From: an uncultured bacterium | Lineage (GTDB): Bacteria; Gemmatimonadota; Gemmatimonadetes; Gemmatimonadales; GWC2-71-9 | Reading direction: 5' to 3' | Length of the DNA: 64,000 nt | NCBI GenBank assembly: GCA_965651205.1 | Contig: CBFGRM010000001.1 | Span: 5,621 to 69,620, forward strand | In this document: positions 20,138 to 29,768 of the stretch, piece after piece | Layout of the letters: each line of letters starts with the position of its first letter | How positions within the stretch are numbered: position 1 is the first letter of the stretch | Translations under genes and position numbers: made by a program | The notes under the pieces: model-generated | The model's database searches: none | Told to the model about the DNA's origin: nothing | What the model saw: only the letters and a program-made list of their open reading frames with translations

Positions 20138-20936
20138 ACCACGCCTGACGCTGCCCGGCCTCACTGCCCGCAAGCAGGCCGGTGAGCGGATCGTGATGCT
20201 CACCTGCTATGACGCGCTTTTCGCACGACTGCTCGACCAGGCCGGTGCCGACATCCTGCTGGTCGGCGACTCGCTCAACCAGGTCCTCGCCGGTCGCGCC
20301 AGCACCCTCAGCGCAACACTGGACCAGATGATCTACCACGCCTCGGCAGTGCGGCGCGGCACCGAGCGACTGCCGATCGTGGTGGACCTGCCGTTTCTCA
20401 GCTATCAGGTCAGTGTGGAGGATGCCATCCGCAACGCCGGTCGGGTGATGGCGGAAACCGAGTGCGACGGAGTCAAGCTGGAGGGTGGGCGGGTGATGGC
20501 ACCGGTGGTGTCCGCACTGGTCGAGCGCGGTATTCCGGTGATCGGGCACCTCGGACTCACCCCCCAGTCGGTGCACGCACTGGGTGGCTACCGGGTGCAG
20601 GGCCGTGACGCCGACGCCGCCCGCGACCTGGTCGACGATGCGCTGTCACTGCAGGAAGCAGGCGCTTCGGCCGTGGTGCTGGAACTGGTGCCCCGGGAGC
20701 TGGCTCGCAAGGCCACCGATGCGCTGGGAATCCCCACGATCGGAATCGGGGCCGGGATGCACTGCGACGGCCAGGTGTTGGTCCTGCACGACCTGCTCGG
20801 GCTGAACGAGGGGTTCGCTCCCCGGTTCCTCAAGCGCTATGCGGAACTTGGCGCGAGCACGCGCGACGCGGTGAGTGCATTCGCGGCGGATGTGCGCAGT
20901 GGTGCATATCCCGATCAGGATCATTCGTTCGACTGA
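20130..20936 (+). CDS. panB: 3-methyl-2-oxobutanoate hydroxymethyltransferase
   Basis: MLTCYD, LVGDSL, VDLPF, VKLEGG, GHLGLTPQS, GIGAG..CDGQVLV. Confidence 0.97.
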   Translation: MAEPRLTLPGLTARKQAGERIVMLTCYDALFARLLDQAGADILLVGDSLNQVLAGRASTLSATLDQMIYHASAVRRGTERLPIVVDLPFLSYQVSVEDAIRNAGRVMAETECDGVKLEGGRVMAPVVSALVERGIPVIGHLGLTPQSVHALGGYRVQGRDADAARDLVDDALSLQEAGASAVVLELVPRELARKATDALGIPTIGIGAGMHCDGQVLVLHDLLGLNEGFAPRFLKRYAELGASTRDAVSAFAADVRSGAYPDQDHSFD

Positions 20937-21787
20937 TGGCTGCCACACTGATATCGGAGATCACCGCACTCCGCGACCACCTGGCACGGCAACGAAGCAC
21001 CGGCGGACGCCTCGCGCTGGTCCCCACGATGGGTGCCCTGCACGAGGGACATCTCGCGCTGATCGACTCGGCCCGGCAGGCAGCCGACCTCGTGGTGGTG
21101 AGCATCTTCGTCAACCCGCTGCAGTTTCGTCCCGGCGAAGACCTGGCAAGGTATCCACGACAACTTGAACAGGACGTGGCACTCGCCGAAGCGCGGGGAG
21201 CCGACGTGATCTTCGCACCCGCCGTGGAGGAGATGTACGCCCAAGGCGAGCAGATTCGGGTGGTGGCCGGTGAGCTGGCTTCGCGCTGGGAGGGTGCGTC
21301 GCGCCCCGGGCACTTCGACGGAGTGCTCACCGTAGTTGCCAAGCTGTTCAACATCGTGCAGCCGGACCTCGCAGTGTTCGGCCGCAAGGACCTGCAGCAG
21401 GCCACCCTGATTGCACGGATGATCGCCGAGTTGAACTTCCCGGTCGAACTCGTGCTGGTCCCCACGGTGCGCGATGCCGATGGCGTCGCCCTGTCTTCGC
21501 GCAACGCCTTCCTGTCGCCGGCGGAACGTGAGTTGGCTCGCCGGATCCCGGCTTCGCTGGCCGCTGCCGACGCTGCCTGGCGGGATGGAGAACAGCATCC
21601 GGTGCGCCTGGAAGCAGCGATCCGGGATGTGCTCGGAACCGATCCGGCCCTCGTCATCGACTATATTGCGGTGGTCGACCCAGACCGCCTGGAACCGGTT
21701 GAAACCGTGGTTCCCGGCACGGTGATCGCGGTCGCGGTACGCGTCGGGACCACCAGGCTGATCGACAACACAGTCACAGGGGAGTAG
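20936..21787 (+). CDS. panC: pantoate--beta-alanine ligase
   Basis: VPTMGALHEGH, SIFVNPLQF, RPGHFDGV, FGRKD.QQ, ALSSRN, RLIDN. Confidence 0.98.
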   Translation: MAATLISEITALRDHLARQRSTGGRLALVPTMGALHEGHLALIDSARQAADLVVVSIFVNPLQFRPGEDLARYPRQLEQDVALAEARGADVIFAPAVEEMYAQGEQIRVVAGELASRWEGASRPGHFDGVLTVVAKLFNIVQPDLAVFGRKDLQQATLIARMIAELNFPVELVLVPTVRDADGVALSSRNAFLSPAERELARRIPASLAAADAAWRDGEQHPVRLEAAIRDVLGTDPALVIDYIAVVDPDRLEPVETVVPGTVIAVAVRVGTTRLIDNTVTGE

Positions 21788-21797
21788 GGGCAAGGCG

Positions 21798-22169
21798 ATG
21801 CAGCGAAGGCTGATGAGGAGCAAGATCCACCGCGCCACGATTACCGGGGCAGACCTCAACTACGAGGGGTCGCTGACGCTGGATACCGATTTGATGGCAG
21901 CGGCCGACCTGGTCGAGTACGAGGAAATCCAGGTGGTCAACATCAACAACGGCCAGCGCTTTTCCACCTACGTGATTCCCGGTCCGGCCGGTTCGGGTGC
22001 CCTCCAGCTCAACGGGGCCGCTGCTCGTCTCGGGATGCCCGGCGACCTGGTGATCCTGATCGCCTACGGCAATTTCGACGAGGCCGAGGTGTCGAACCAC
22101 CGGCCTGCGGTGGTGTTCGTTGATGGGAGGAACAGGATCGTGCGAACCCCGCTGCAGATCGAGTCCTGA
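21798..22169 (+). CDS. panD: aspartate 1-decarboxylase
   Basis: SKIHRATIT, YEGSLT self-cleavage site, NG.RFSTY, LNGAAAR. Confidence 0.98.
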   Translation: MQRRLMRSKIHRATITGADLNYEGSLTLDTDLMAAADLVEYEEIQVVNINNGQRFSTYVIPGPAGSGALQLNGAAARLGMPGDLVILIAYGNFDEAEVSNHRPAVVFVDGRNRIVRTPLQIES

Positions 22170-22174
22170 GGCCG

Positions 22175-22735
22175 ATGTCGCAACCGGCAGATCCGACGGC
22201 CCAGGATGGCTTGCCACCCTGGGCCGTCGTCACGTCGAAGCGCGCCGATCACGTGTGCCGGGTGGTGGCGCTGCTGGAAGAATGGGCTCGGGTCGGCGGC
22301 GTGCGGAAGCTGGTTCGCGATCGCTGGGTACGGGCCGGTTGGCTCCACGATGCGCTCCGCGATGCAGACGAGGCCACGCTGCGTGAATTGCTGCCGGGTG
22401 TCGACGATGCGATGCCGTTTCTCCACGGTCAGGCCGCGGCCGTGATGGCACTGCGCGAGGGTGAGAATGATGAGAGCGTGCTCGATGCGGTGCGCTGGCA
22501 CACGATGGGTTGCGCCGATTGGGATGACACCGGGCGGGCACTGTACGCCGCGGACTTTCTGGAGCCGGGCCGCAAGTTCCTGGTCGAGGAACGCGCCGCT
22601 CTCGCCAGCCGCTGGCCCGAGGATCCTGTCGGCACGCTGCGTGAAATTGTTCGCCTCCGCGAACAACACCAGGCCGACAAGGGCCGGATCAGCCATCCGA
22701 TAAGCGTCACCTTCCGTCTCGCGGTGCTGGGATGA
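22175..22735 (+). CDS. yqeK: YqeK-like HD hydrolase (Ap4A hydrolase family)
   Basis: R..H..RV, WLHDA, LHG.AAA, AVRWHT.G, LYAADFLEPGR. Confidence 0.8.
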   Translation: MSQPADPTAQDGLPPWAVVTSKRADHVCRVVALLEEWARVGGVRKLVRDRWVRAGWLHDALRDADEATLRELLPGVDDAMPFLHGQAAAVMALREGENDESVLDAVRWHTMGCADWDDTGRALYAADFLEPGRKFLVEERAALASRWPEDPVGTLREIVRLREQHQADKGRISHPISVTFRLAVLG

Positions 22736-23163
22736 ACTGGTTGAAGGCGGGTGGCACCACCATCGTGGCGGGATTGGTCCTGCTGCTGGCCTGGCGGGCC
22801 ACCCGGGGCGCCGCGGACTCACCCGACCGCGACAGCCAGCGGTCCTGGGAACCCCTGCCGAGAAGTGTCTCCGTCGAGGTTTTCAACGGCGGCGATACTC
22901 CAGGTGCTGCCCGCGATGCCGCCCTGCGGCTCCGCCGAGCCCGGCTCGACGTGGTCGACTGGAGCAACGCCCCGGAGTCGCTGCGGGACACCAGTATCCC
23001 GGTGACGCGGATCCTGGTCCGTCGCGGCGACACCACTGGGGTCGGGAGGGTGGCCGAGGTCCTCGGCGCCACCGAGGTGATCGATCAGCCGGACGAGCGC
23101 AGGTTGGTGGACCTCACCGTGATCGTCCCGCGCGGGCACAGGGAACCCGAAACCAGCCAATGA
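22732..23163 (+). CDS. membrane-anchored LytR C-terminal domain protein
   Basis: N-terminal TM helix; VEVFNG...PGAA..A...LR, NAP, D.TVIV pattern. Confidence 0.75.
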   Translation: MNWLKAGGTTIVAGLVLLLAWRATRGAADSPDRDSQRSWEPLPRSVSVEVFNGGDTPGAARDAALRLRRARLDVVDWSNAPESLRDTSIPVTRILVRRGDTTGVGRVAEVLGATEVIDQPDERRLVDLTVIVPRGHREPETSQ

Positions 23164-23199
23164 CGTTCTCATCGTGACCTGAAACAGAGAGGTAGTACG

Positions 23200-23616
23200 A
23201 TGGGTCCGACCAACGAGAATCTGCTGCACGCCCGGCTCCACCTTGCACGCGAGGCCGCATTCGAGATCCACGGTGTATTGCTGGAGGCGACGCGCAGGGA
23301 ATACGAACGTGACTTCGGCCGCGTTGCTGACGCTGCGACGCTGCTCAAGCTGGTCACCAGCGAACCGGCATTTTCCTGGATCAGGCCGCTGACTGCGGCG
23401 ATTGCCGATGCCGACGAGCTGCTGGCAAGCAGTGAACCAGAACCCGGCCATATGCGGGTGCTGGTCGAGGCGATCACCCAGTTGCTCAAGGCCGATGCCG
23501 AAGGTGCGCCATTCCAGCGGCGCTATCACAATGCGATTCAGGCTTCTCCTGACGTTGCCGTGACACATTGCCAGGCCATCAGGCGCCTGCGTGGCATCAC
23601 GGTGACCTGGACCTGA
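23200..23616 (+). CDS. conserved-looking hypothetical helical protein
   Basis: 138 aa with its own GAGG RBS; fills the gap between flanking genes; YER.FG, F.W.RPL, Y..A.Q.SPDV pattern. Confidence 0.65.
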   Translation: MGPTNENLLHARLHLAREAAFEIHGVLLEATRREYERDFGRVADAATLLKLVTSEPAFSWIRPLTAAIADADELLASSEPEPGHMRVLVEAITQLLKADAEGAPFQRRYHNAIQASPDVAVTHCQAIRRLRGITVTWT

Positions 23617-23637
23617 ACCGCTACTGCTGCGTCGCAC

Positions 23638-24828
23638 TCAGGGGCGGCGCAGCAGTACCAGCACCAGGTCGGCCACATTGGTTCCTGTGGCACCAGTGCG
23701 GAACAGCGCCCCGGCACTGTCGAGTGCGGGATGACTGTCAGCCCGCAGCAACGCCTCCCTCACCGAAACTCCCGCAGAACTGATCGAGGCTGCGGTCGTC
23801 GCGTCGACGACGGCACCGGCCGCATCCGTAGGGCCGTCCTGTCCGTCGGTACCGGCAACCAGCACACTCACGGCATCCGTCGCCAATGTGGCAAGCTGCC
23901 CTGCCACGGCCAGGGCCATATGCTGTGCCCTGCCGCCGGTGCCGTGATCAATCGGCAGGCTCACCGTGGTCTCGCCGTGCCAGGCGTGCATTTCCCAGGC
24001 GCCTGGGGTGGTTGCGCCGATCGTCGATCGGATCCAGGCCGACAGTTGCCGACCTGCAGTCGTGGCGTCGCCGGTGATCGGTTCGCGATGCAGTATGGCA
24101 TCGAAGCCGTCTCGCTCTGCCGCCTGGCAGGCCGCCTCGGCCGCCGTGGCACCGTCGGCAATGATGTGGTGTACCACCCCGGACTCGCCTGATTCCGCCA
24201 CCAGCGGACCCGAACCGATGGTCGCGAGGTCGTTGCCGACGACATCCGAGATCACCCACGCGGTGACATCGCGGTCACCCAGGGCTTGGGCCAGCCTGCC
24301 ACCGCTCCAGCGAGTCAACTTCCGTCGCTCGGCATTCATCTCCCGGATGTCCAATCCGCGTCGGTGCAGTTCCCTGAATGCCTCGCACAGTTCCTGGTCG
24401 CCGAGCCCATTCCGGGGAGCGGCGATCAGCGAACTGGCGCCGCCGGACAGGAGCACCCACACCGGCCGGTGCTGGGGCAGTGTGGCCACCAGTCGCTCCA
24501 ACCCGGCCGCGGCCAGGCTTGAACCGGGACCAGGGCTGGGGTGGTCCCCCCGAAACATCTGGAACGCCTCGGAGGGTGGTTCGGCATCGAGGTTGGAGAT
24601 CACCACGCCAGGGGCGGGCGCCAGGTCGTTCGATTCGAGCCAGTGGGCCGCTGCTCTGGCCATCGCAGGTGCGGCCTTGCCGATGGCGATGATGCTGGGT
24701 GGCGAGGTTGGGACCGGTTGCGACCGCAACGCCCGTCGCAATGCCTCGCCGCCTTCGACCCGGGCAACGGCGGCGCCGAACCAGGACTCCAACAAGCTGC
24801 GGCGGTGCTCTCGATGGATCTCCGGCAT
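23638..24828 (-). CDS. glycerate 2-kinase, MOFRL/DUF4147 family
   Basis: IAIGKAA..MA, GDHP.P...S, LLSGGASSL, ISDVVG..L..IGSGP, GTDGQDGPTDAAG, TGATGTNVAD. Confidence 0.92.
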   Translation of the reverse strand: MPEIHREHRRSLLESWFGAAVARVEGGEALRRALRSQPVPTSPPSIIAIGKAAPAMARAAAHWLESNDLAPAPGVVISNLDAEPPSEAFQMFRGDHPSPGPGSSLAAAGLERLVATLPQHRPVWVLLSGGASSLIAAPRNGLGDQELCEAFRELHRRGLDIREMNAERRKLTRWSGGRLAQALGDRDVTAWVISDVVGNDLATIGSGPLVAESGESGVVHHIIADGATAAEAACQAAERDGFDAILHREPITGDATTAGRQLSAWIRSTIGATTPGAWEMHAWHGETTVSLPIDHGTGGRAQHMALAVAGQLATLATDAVSVLVAGTDGQDGPTDAAGAVVDATTAASISSAGVSVREALLRADSHPALDSAGALFRTGATGTNVADLVLVLLRRP

Positions 24829-24834
24829 CTGCCC

Positions 24835-24863
24835 TCGCAACGGGGATGCAGCCAACTTACACT
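24835..24863 (+). promoter_or_regulatory. probable leaderless promoter
   Basis: TCGCAA-17 bp-TACACT followed 5 nt later by ATG 24869. Confidence 0.5.
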
Positions 24864-24868
24864 CCAGT

Positions 24869-25858
24869 ATGACTACTTCCAGTTCTTCCGGGCGTCCCCG
24901 ACTGGTGGTGACGCGACGATTGCCGCGCACGGTCGAGGCTGCGCTGGTGGAGCGGTTCGATACCGTGCTGTCCCCCGACGACCACCAGATGGACGCCGCC
25001 GAGTTGCAGCGTGCCCTGGCGGAGGCGGACGCGATCCTGTGCACGATCAGTGACCGGATCACCGCGGAGGTGTTGGCTGCCTATCCGATCCGGGCGCGAA
25101 TGCTCGCCAACTACGGGGCCGGTGTGGATCATATCGACCTCGCCGCGGCCCGCGCGCACGAGATTACCGTAACCAACACGCCCGGCGTGCTGACCGAGGA
25201 TACCGCCGACCTCACGATGACGCTGATCCTCTCGGTGCTGCGGCGCGCAGGCGAAGGCGAGCGCCAGTTGCGCAATGGCCGCTGGCCAGGTTGGCATCCC
25301 ACCCACCTGATCGGTCGTCGCGTCACGGGGAGGACGCTGGGTATCGTCGGTGCCGGGCGGATCGGTCGTGCCGTTGCGGCACGCGCCCATCACGGTTTCG
25401 GGATGCGGGTGCTGATGTGGGGCAGGACCAGGCCCAGCCCCGAGGAACTGCAATCGCTCGGTGCCGAATGGCATCCATCACTCGACGGGATGCTGGTGGA
25501 GTGCGACATTGTCTCACTGCACGTGCCGGGCGGTGACGCGACTCACCAGATGATCGATGCGCGCCGCCTGGCATTGATGCCACCCGGTTCCTATCTCGTC
25601 AACACTGCGCGCGGCGGTGTTGTCGACACCGATGCACTGATCGCCTCGCTGCTGGCGGGGCATCTGGCCGGAGCCGGCCTCGATGTCTACCCGCACGAAC
25701 CTCGGGTCGATCGCCGCCTGCTCGGGATGGAGCAGGTGGTCCTGTTGCCGCACCTCGGCTCTGCCACGCAGGAGGGTCGTGAGGCGATGGGACTCCGAGC
25801 GATCCTCAATCTCGAAGCGTTCTTCACCGATCGAACCCCACCGGATCTCGTGGAGTAG
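24869..25858 (+). CDS. D-glycerate dehydrogenase / glyoxylate-hydroxypyruvate reductase
   Basis: NYGAGVDHID, NTPGVLTEDTAD, GIVGAGRIG, VNTARG, GLDVY.HEP, PHLGSAT. Confidence 0.93.
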   Translation: MTTSSSSGRPRLVVTRRLPRTVEAALVERFDTVLSPDDHQMDAAELQRALAEADAILCTISDRITAEVLAAYPIRARMLANYGAGVDHIDLAAARAHEITVTNTPGVLTEDTADLTMTLILSVLRRAGEGERQLRNGRWPGWHPTHLIGRRVTGRTLGIVGAGRIGRAVAARAHHGFGMRVLMWGRTRPSPEELQSLGAEWHPSLDGMLVECDIVSLHVPGGDATHQMIDARRLALMPPGSYLVNTARGGVVDTDALIASLLAGHLAGAGLDVYPHEPRVDRRLLGMEQVVLLPHLGSATQEGREAMGLRAILNLEAFFTDRTPPDLVE

Positions 25859-25863
25859 CCGAT

Positions 25864-26835
25864 ATGCTTGCCGCACTGATGCTGGCCACAACCCTGGCGA
25901 CACCGCCCGACACCGTCCGCGAACGCGAGCTGGCCATTCCCGGCCCGGTGCCGCTCAGCGGTACGCTCACGCTTCCGGCAGGCGAGGGTCCGTTTCCGGT
26001 GGTGGTGGTCGTGCACGGTTCCGGACCGGGAGATCGCGACGGCACTGTGGGACCCAACCGCCCCTATCGCGACATCGCTCGTGGGCTGGCCGAGCGCGGT
26101 GTGGCCGTGTTGCGCTACGACAAGCGCAGTCGGGCCAACCCGCTCTGGTACCTCAATCGCCCCTTCACGGTCGACGACGAGGTGATCCAGGATGTCGTGA
26201 GTGCGCTCCGCACCGTTCGCGGCGAGCCCGACATCGATGCCGAGCGCAGTTTCGTGCTCGGTCACTCGCTTGGGGGGTACCTGGCACCGAGGATTGCTTC
26301 CGCAGATGGGCAGCTTGCCGGGCTGATCCTGATGGCCGGTGCCTGGGCGAAGCCGCTGCCCGAACTGATGCTGACGCAACTCGACTACATCGCTTCGGTG
26401 ATGCCGGCCGACTCGGCGCGCATCCGGGGCCAGCGCACCGTGATCGCTTCGATGACGGCAAGGATCAATGCCCTGACACCGGCAGACAGTGCCTCACTGG
26501 TGCTGCTGATGGGAGCACCAGCGGCCTACTGGCTCGACCTGCGCGACTACGACCCGGTCGAGGCATTGCGGTCGCGTCCCGAACCGGCGCTGCTGCTGCA
26601 GGGTGAGCGCGACTACCAGGTGACGCCGCAAATGCTGGACGACTTCCTGGCCCGGCTCGGCGAGCGTAGCAACACCACGGTAAAGCGGTATCCCGGTCTC
26701 AATCACCTTATGATCGCGGGAAGCGGTGCCCCCAGCCCGGCGGACTATGCGGTCGAGGGCACCGTGGATGATCGCGTGATGGCGGACATCGCGGCCTGGA
26801 TTGCCGCGATCAGCGACCGATCAACCGACGGGTGA
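25864..26835 (+). CDS. secreted alpha/beta-hydrolase
   Basis: Signal-like N-terminus, HGSGP.DRD, LRYDKR, GHSLGG nucleophile elbow, GERDYQV, LNHL. Confidence 0.88.
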   Translation: MLAALMLATTLATPPDTVRERELAIPGPVPLSGTLTLPAGEGPFPVVVVVHGSGPGDRDGTVGPNRPYRDIARGLAERGVAVLRYDKRSRANPLWYLNRPFTVDDEVIQDVVSALRTVRGEPDIDAERSFVLGHSLGGYLAPRIASADGQLAGLILMAGAWAKPLPELMLTQLDYIASVMPADSARIRGQRTVIASMTARINALTPADSASLVLLMGAPAAYWLDLRDYDPVEALRSRPEPALLLQGERDYQVTPQMLDDFLARLGERSNTTVKRYPGLNHLMIAGSGAPSPADYAVEGTVDDRVMADIAAWIAAISDRSTDG

Positions 26836-27882
26836 GTCGGCGCGCCGGCGCCGTTCCATCCTGACGTGCAACTGGCCGCAGGCCGCGTCGATGTCCAGTC
26901 CACGGCTCCGGCGGAGCACCGCCTCGATACCGGCGTCCGTCAGTTGTTGCCTGAACTCGCGGATCCGTGACGTGCTGGTGGGCACGAGTGTCGGGTCGCC
27001 ACCGGGGTGCAGCGGCAGCAGGTTCACGTGTGCACCGAGGCGATGTGCCAGGCCGATCAGGGCGGAAGCGTCACTGTCGCGATCGTTGCGACCGGCGATC
27101 ATCACGTACTCGAACGTGATGCGCTTGCGGAACGACTCCGCCACCTTGAGCACTTCGCCGACCGGATACTTCTTCTCGATCGGCATCAGGGCCCGCCGCT
27201 CGGCGGGGTGCGGGGAGTGGAGCGAGATCGCCAGGCGGAACTGTTCGGGCCGTGCCGCCAACCGGCGCATCCCGGGCACGATGCCGACAGTGCTGACCGT
27301 TATGTGACGGGCTCCGATTCCGAGGCCGTCGGGTTGGTTGAGGGTGGTGAGCGCCGTGTCGACCGAGTTCCAGTTGAGCAGCGGCTCGCCCATACCCATA
27401 AAGACGATGTTGGTGGGCTTGTCCTCGGGATTGGCCAGGATCACCTCGCGCACCTGGCCGACGATCTCCGAGGGACGCAGGTTGCGGCGGAAGCCCATCA
27501 GGCCGGTGGCGCAGAACACGCACCCCAGCGCGCATCCTGCCTGCGACGAGATGCACAGGGTGCGGCGGCTGGCGGTCGGGATCAGCACCGACTCGACCTT
27601 CTCGCCGTCGGCAAGTTTCCAGAGGAACTTCCTGGTGCCGTCGGCCGAAACCTGGATCACCTCCGCCTCGAGCCGGGTGAGCGGCAGTTCCGAGTCCAGA
27701 CGGGTCCGCAGCTCGCGCGGGAGTTCGGTTGCGTCCTCCCACCGCGCCACCGGCTGCTGCCACAGCCGCCGGTGCATCTGCGCCGCCCGGTAAGCCGGCA
27801 GCCCTGCCGCGGCGACCCATTGAGCGAGTCGCTGGCCGGCTTCGGCCGGGGTCAGGTCGAGGAGTTGGGTGTCGCTGGCCAT
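26821..27882 (-). CDS. rlmN: dual-specificity RNA methyltransferase RlmN (radical SAM)
   Basis: CISSQAGCALGCVFCATG, MGMGEPL, ISLHS, FEYVMI, DIDAACGQL. Confidence 0.96.
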   Translation of the reverse strand: MASDTQLLDLTPAEAGQRLAQWVAAAGLPAYRAAQMHRRLWQQPVARWEDATELPRELRTRLDSELPLTRLEAEVIQVSADGTRKFLWKLADGEKVESVLIPTASRRTLCISSQAGCALGCVFCATGLMGFRRNLRPSEIVGQVREVILANPEDKPTNIVFMGMGEPLLNWNSVDTALTTLNQPDGLGIGARHITVSTVGIVPGMRRLAARPEQFRLAISLHSPHPAERRALMPIEKKYPVGEVLKVAESFRKRITFEYVMIAGRNDRDSDASALIGLAHRLGAHVNLLPLHPGGDPTLVPTSTSRIREFRQQLTDAGIEAVLRRSRGLDIDAACGQLHVRMERRRRADSPVG

Positions 27883-27888
27883 CAGCCA

Positions 27889-27894
27889 AACTTA
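27889..27894 (-). promoter_or_regulatory. -10 element of a probable leaderless rlmN promoter
   Basis: TAAGTT exactly 6 nt upstream of the ATG; no SD. Confidence 0.45.
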
Positions 27895-27989
27895 AGGGGG
27901 AGGCCCGCTTACTCTCTGGGCGTTAGTTTTCCGCACTCGACGCGCGGCGACCGGTTTCGCCGCCTGGTGCCGTCTCTTGCCCCCGGATC

Positions 27990-29768
27990 TTGATGTCGCA
28001 GACCGCATTTCGAAGTCACTACGCCGGCTCGCTCACCGCCGCCGAGATCGGAACCACCGTCCGCCTCGGTGGCTGGGTCCATCGTCGCCGCAATCTTGGC
28101 GGCATCGTGTTTCTCGATCTCCGCGACCGCGAAGGGCTGGTCCAACTGGCCTGCGACCCCGAATGGACCCCCGCGGCGGTGACCGAGCGCGCCGCCGCGG
28201 TGGGAGTAGAATCGGTGGTGCTGGTCGACGGCGTGGTCGAACGCCGGGCCGAGATAGGGCGGGATGCCGGGATGCGTTCGCGCGAGGTGGAGGTCAGGGT
28301 CACGGCGCTCGAGGTAGTCGGCCCGGCCATCACGCCGGCGATCCCGGTCGCGCGTCGGGAGGGCGAGGCACTCGCGTCGGAGGAACTCCGGTTGCAGCAT
28401 CGGGTGCTCGACCTGCGCCGCGCCGAGCTGCAGCGCTCGCTCGAACTGCGGCATCGGCTGGCACAGCGGGCCCGTCGCACCCTGGCCGACCGCGGCTTCC
28501 TCGAGATCGAGACACCGATCCTTACCAAGCCCACTCCGGAGGGTGCCCGCGACTTCCTGGTGCCGAGCAGGGTGCATCCCGGCGAGTGCTTTGCGCTGCC
28601 GCAATCGCCGCAGATCTACAAGCAGTTGCTGATGATGTCGGGCTTCGATCGCTACTTCCAGATCGCCCGTTGCTTCCGTGACGAGGACCTGCGTGCCGAC
28701 CGCCAGCTCGAGTTCACCCAGATCGACCTCGAGGCATCGTTCGTTTCACAGGATGATGTCATCGAAGTGATCGAGGCAGTTCTCGCTGACCAGTGGCACG
28801 AGGCCGGTGTCGAGGTGCCGTTGCCGTTTCCCAGGCTCTCCTGGCGAGACGCAATGGAACGGTACGGTATCGACAAGCCCGACTTGCGCTACGACCTGAC
28901 CGTCACCGACTGGACCGGCGCAGTCGGCGATGACGCTGCGCCGTTCGTCCACGATGCGATCTCGGCCGGAGGGCGCCTGCGGGGCATCCGCGCCCCGGCT
29001 CTCGGCACGATGTCACGCAAGGAGATCGATGCGCTGGCCGCGCTGGCCAAGGCAGCGGGTGCCGGTGGGCTGCTGTGGGCCCGGCTGGGCGATGGCGGCT
29101 GGGAAGGGCAGGGCGTCAAGGCGTTCGGCGCCGCGGCACTCGCCGCGATCGCCGCCGATGTCGGCGACCTGGTTGTCGCTGTCACCGGTCCGGATCGGAT
29201 CACCTCTGCCGCGCTGCACTCGGTGCGGATGGCGTTGGTGGCGCGCCCCGACGTGGCGCCGGTGGCCGAACACGCCTTCTGCTGGGTCGTCGACTTCCCG
29301 CTGTTCGAGGAGGACCCCGACACCGGCAAGTGGATTTTCACGCATCACCCGTTCACTTCGCCGCACCACGAGGACATTGCGCATCTCGAGTCCGATCCGG
29401 CGCGTTGTCGGGCGTTGCACTACGACGCGGTATACAACGGCAACGAACTCGGTTCGGGTTCGATCCGGATCACCGACCCCTCGCTTCAGGCCAGGGTGTT
29501 CAAGCTGCTCGGCATCTCGCCGGAGGAACAGCAGAGACGGTTCGGGTTCCTGCTCGACGCGCTCGCATCGGGCGCGCCGCCGCACGGCGGCTTCGCGCTC
29601 GGCTTCGACCGGATCGCGATGCTGCTATCCGGGGCGACATCGCTGCGCGACGTGATCGCCTTCCCCAAGACCACCCAGGCCCGTGCGCTGTTCGAGGGTG
29701 CGCCGGTGCCGGTGTCCGCCGAAGAACTCGGCGTGCTGCATCTCGCCCCGATCGACGAGGATGGTTGA
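27990..29768 (+). CDS. aspS: aspartate--tRNA ligase
   Basis: GWVHRRR.LGG..F.DLRD, PQSPQIYKQ, CFRDEDLRADRQ.EFTQID, HHPFTSP, GAPPHGG.A.G.DR. Confidence 0.98.
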   Translation: MMSQTAFRSHYAGSLTAAEIGTTVRLGGWVHRRRNLGGIVFLDLRDREGLVQLACDPEWTPAAVTERAAAVGVESVVLVDGVVERRAEIGRDAGMRSREVEVRVTALEVVGPAITPAIPVARREGEALASEELRLQHRVLDLRRAELQRSLELRHRLAQRARRTLADRGFLEIETPILTKPTPEGARDFLVPSRVHPGECFALPQSPQIYKQLLMMSGFDRYFQIARCFRDEDLRADRQLEFTQIDLEASFVSQDDVIEVIEAVLADQWHEAGVEVPLPFPRLSWRDAMERYGIDKPDLRYDLTVTDWTGAVGDDAAPFVHDAISAGGRLRGIRAPALGTMSRKEIDALAALAKAAGAGGLLWARLGDGGWEGQGVKAFGAAALAAIAADVGDLVVAVTGPDRITSAALHSVRMALVARPDVAPVAEHAFCWVVDFPLFEEDPDTGKWIFTHHPFTSPHHEDIAHLESDPARCRALHYDAVYNGNELGSGSIRITDPSLQARVFKLLGISPEEQQRRFGFLLDALASGAPPHGGFALGFDRIAMLLSGATSLRDVIAFPKTTQARALFEGAPVPVSAEELGVLHLAPIDEDG

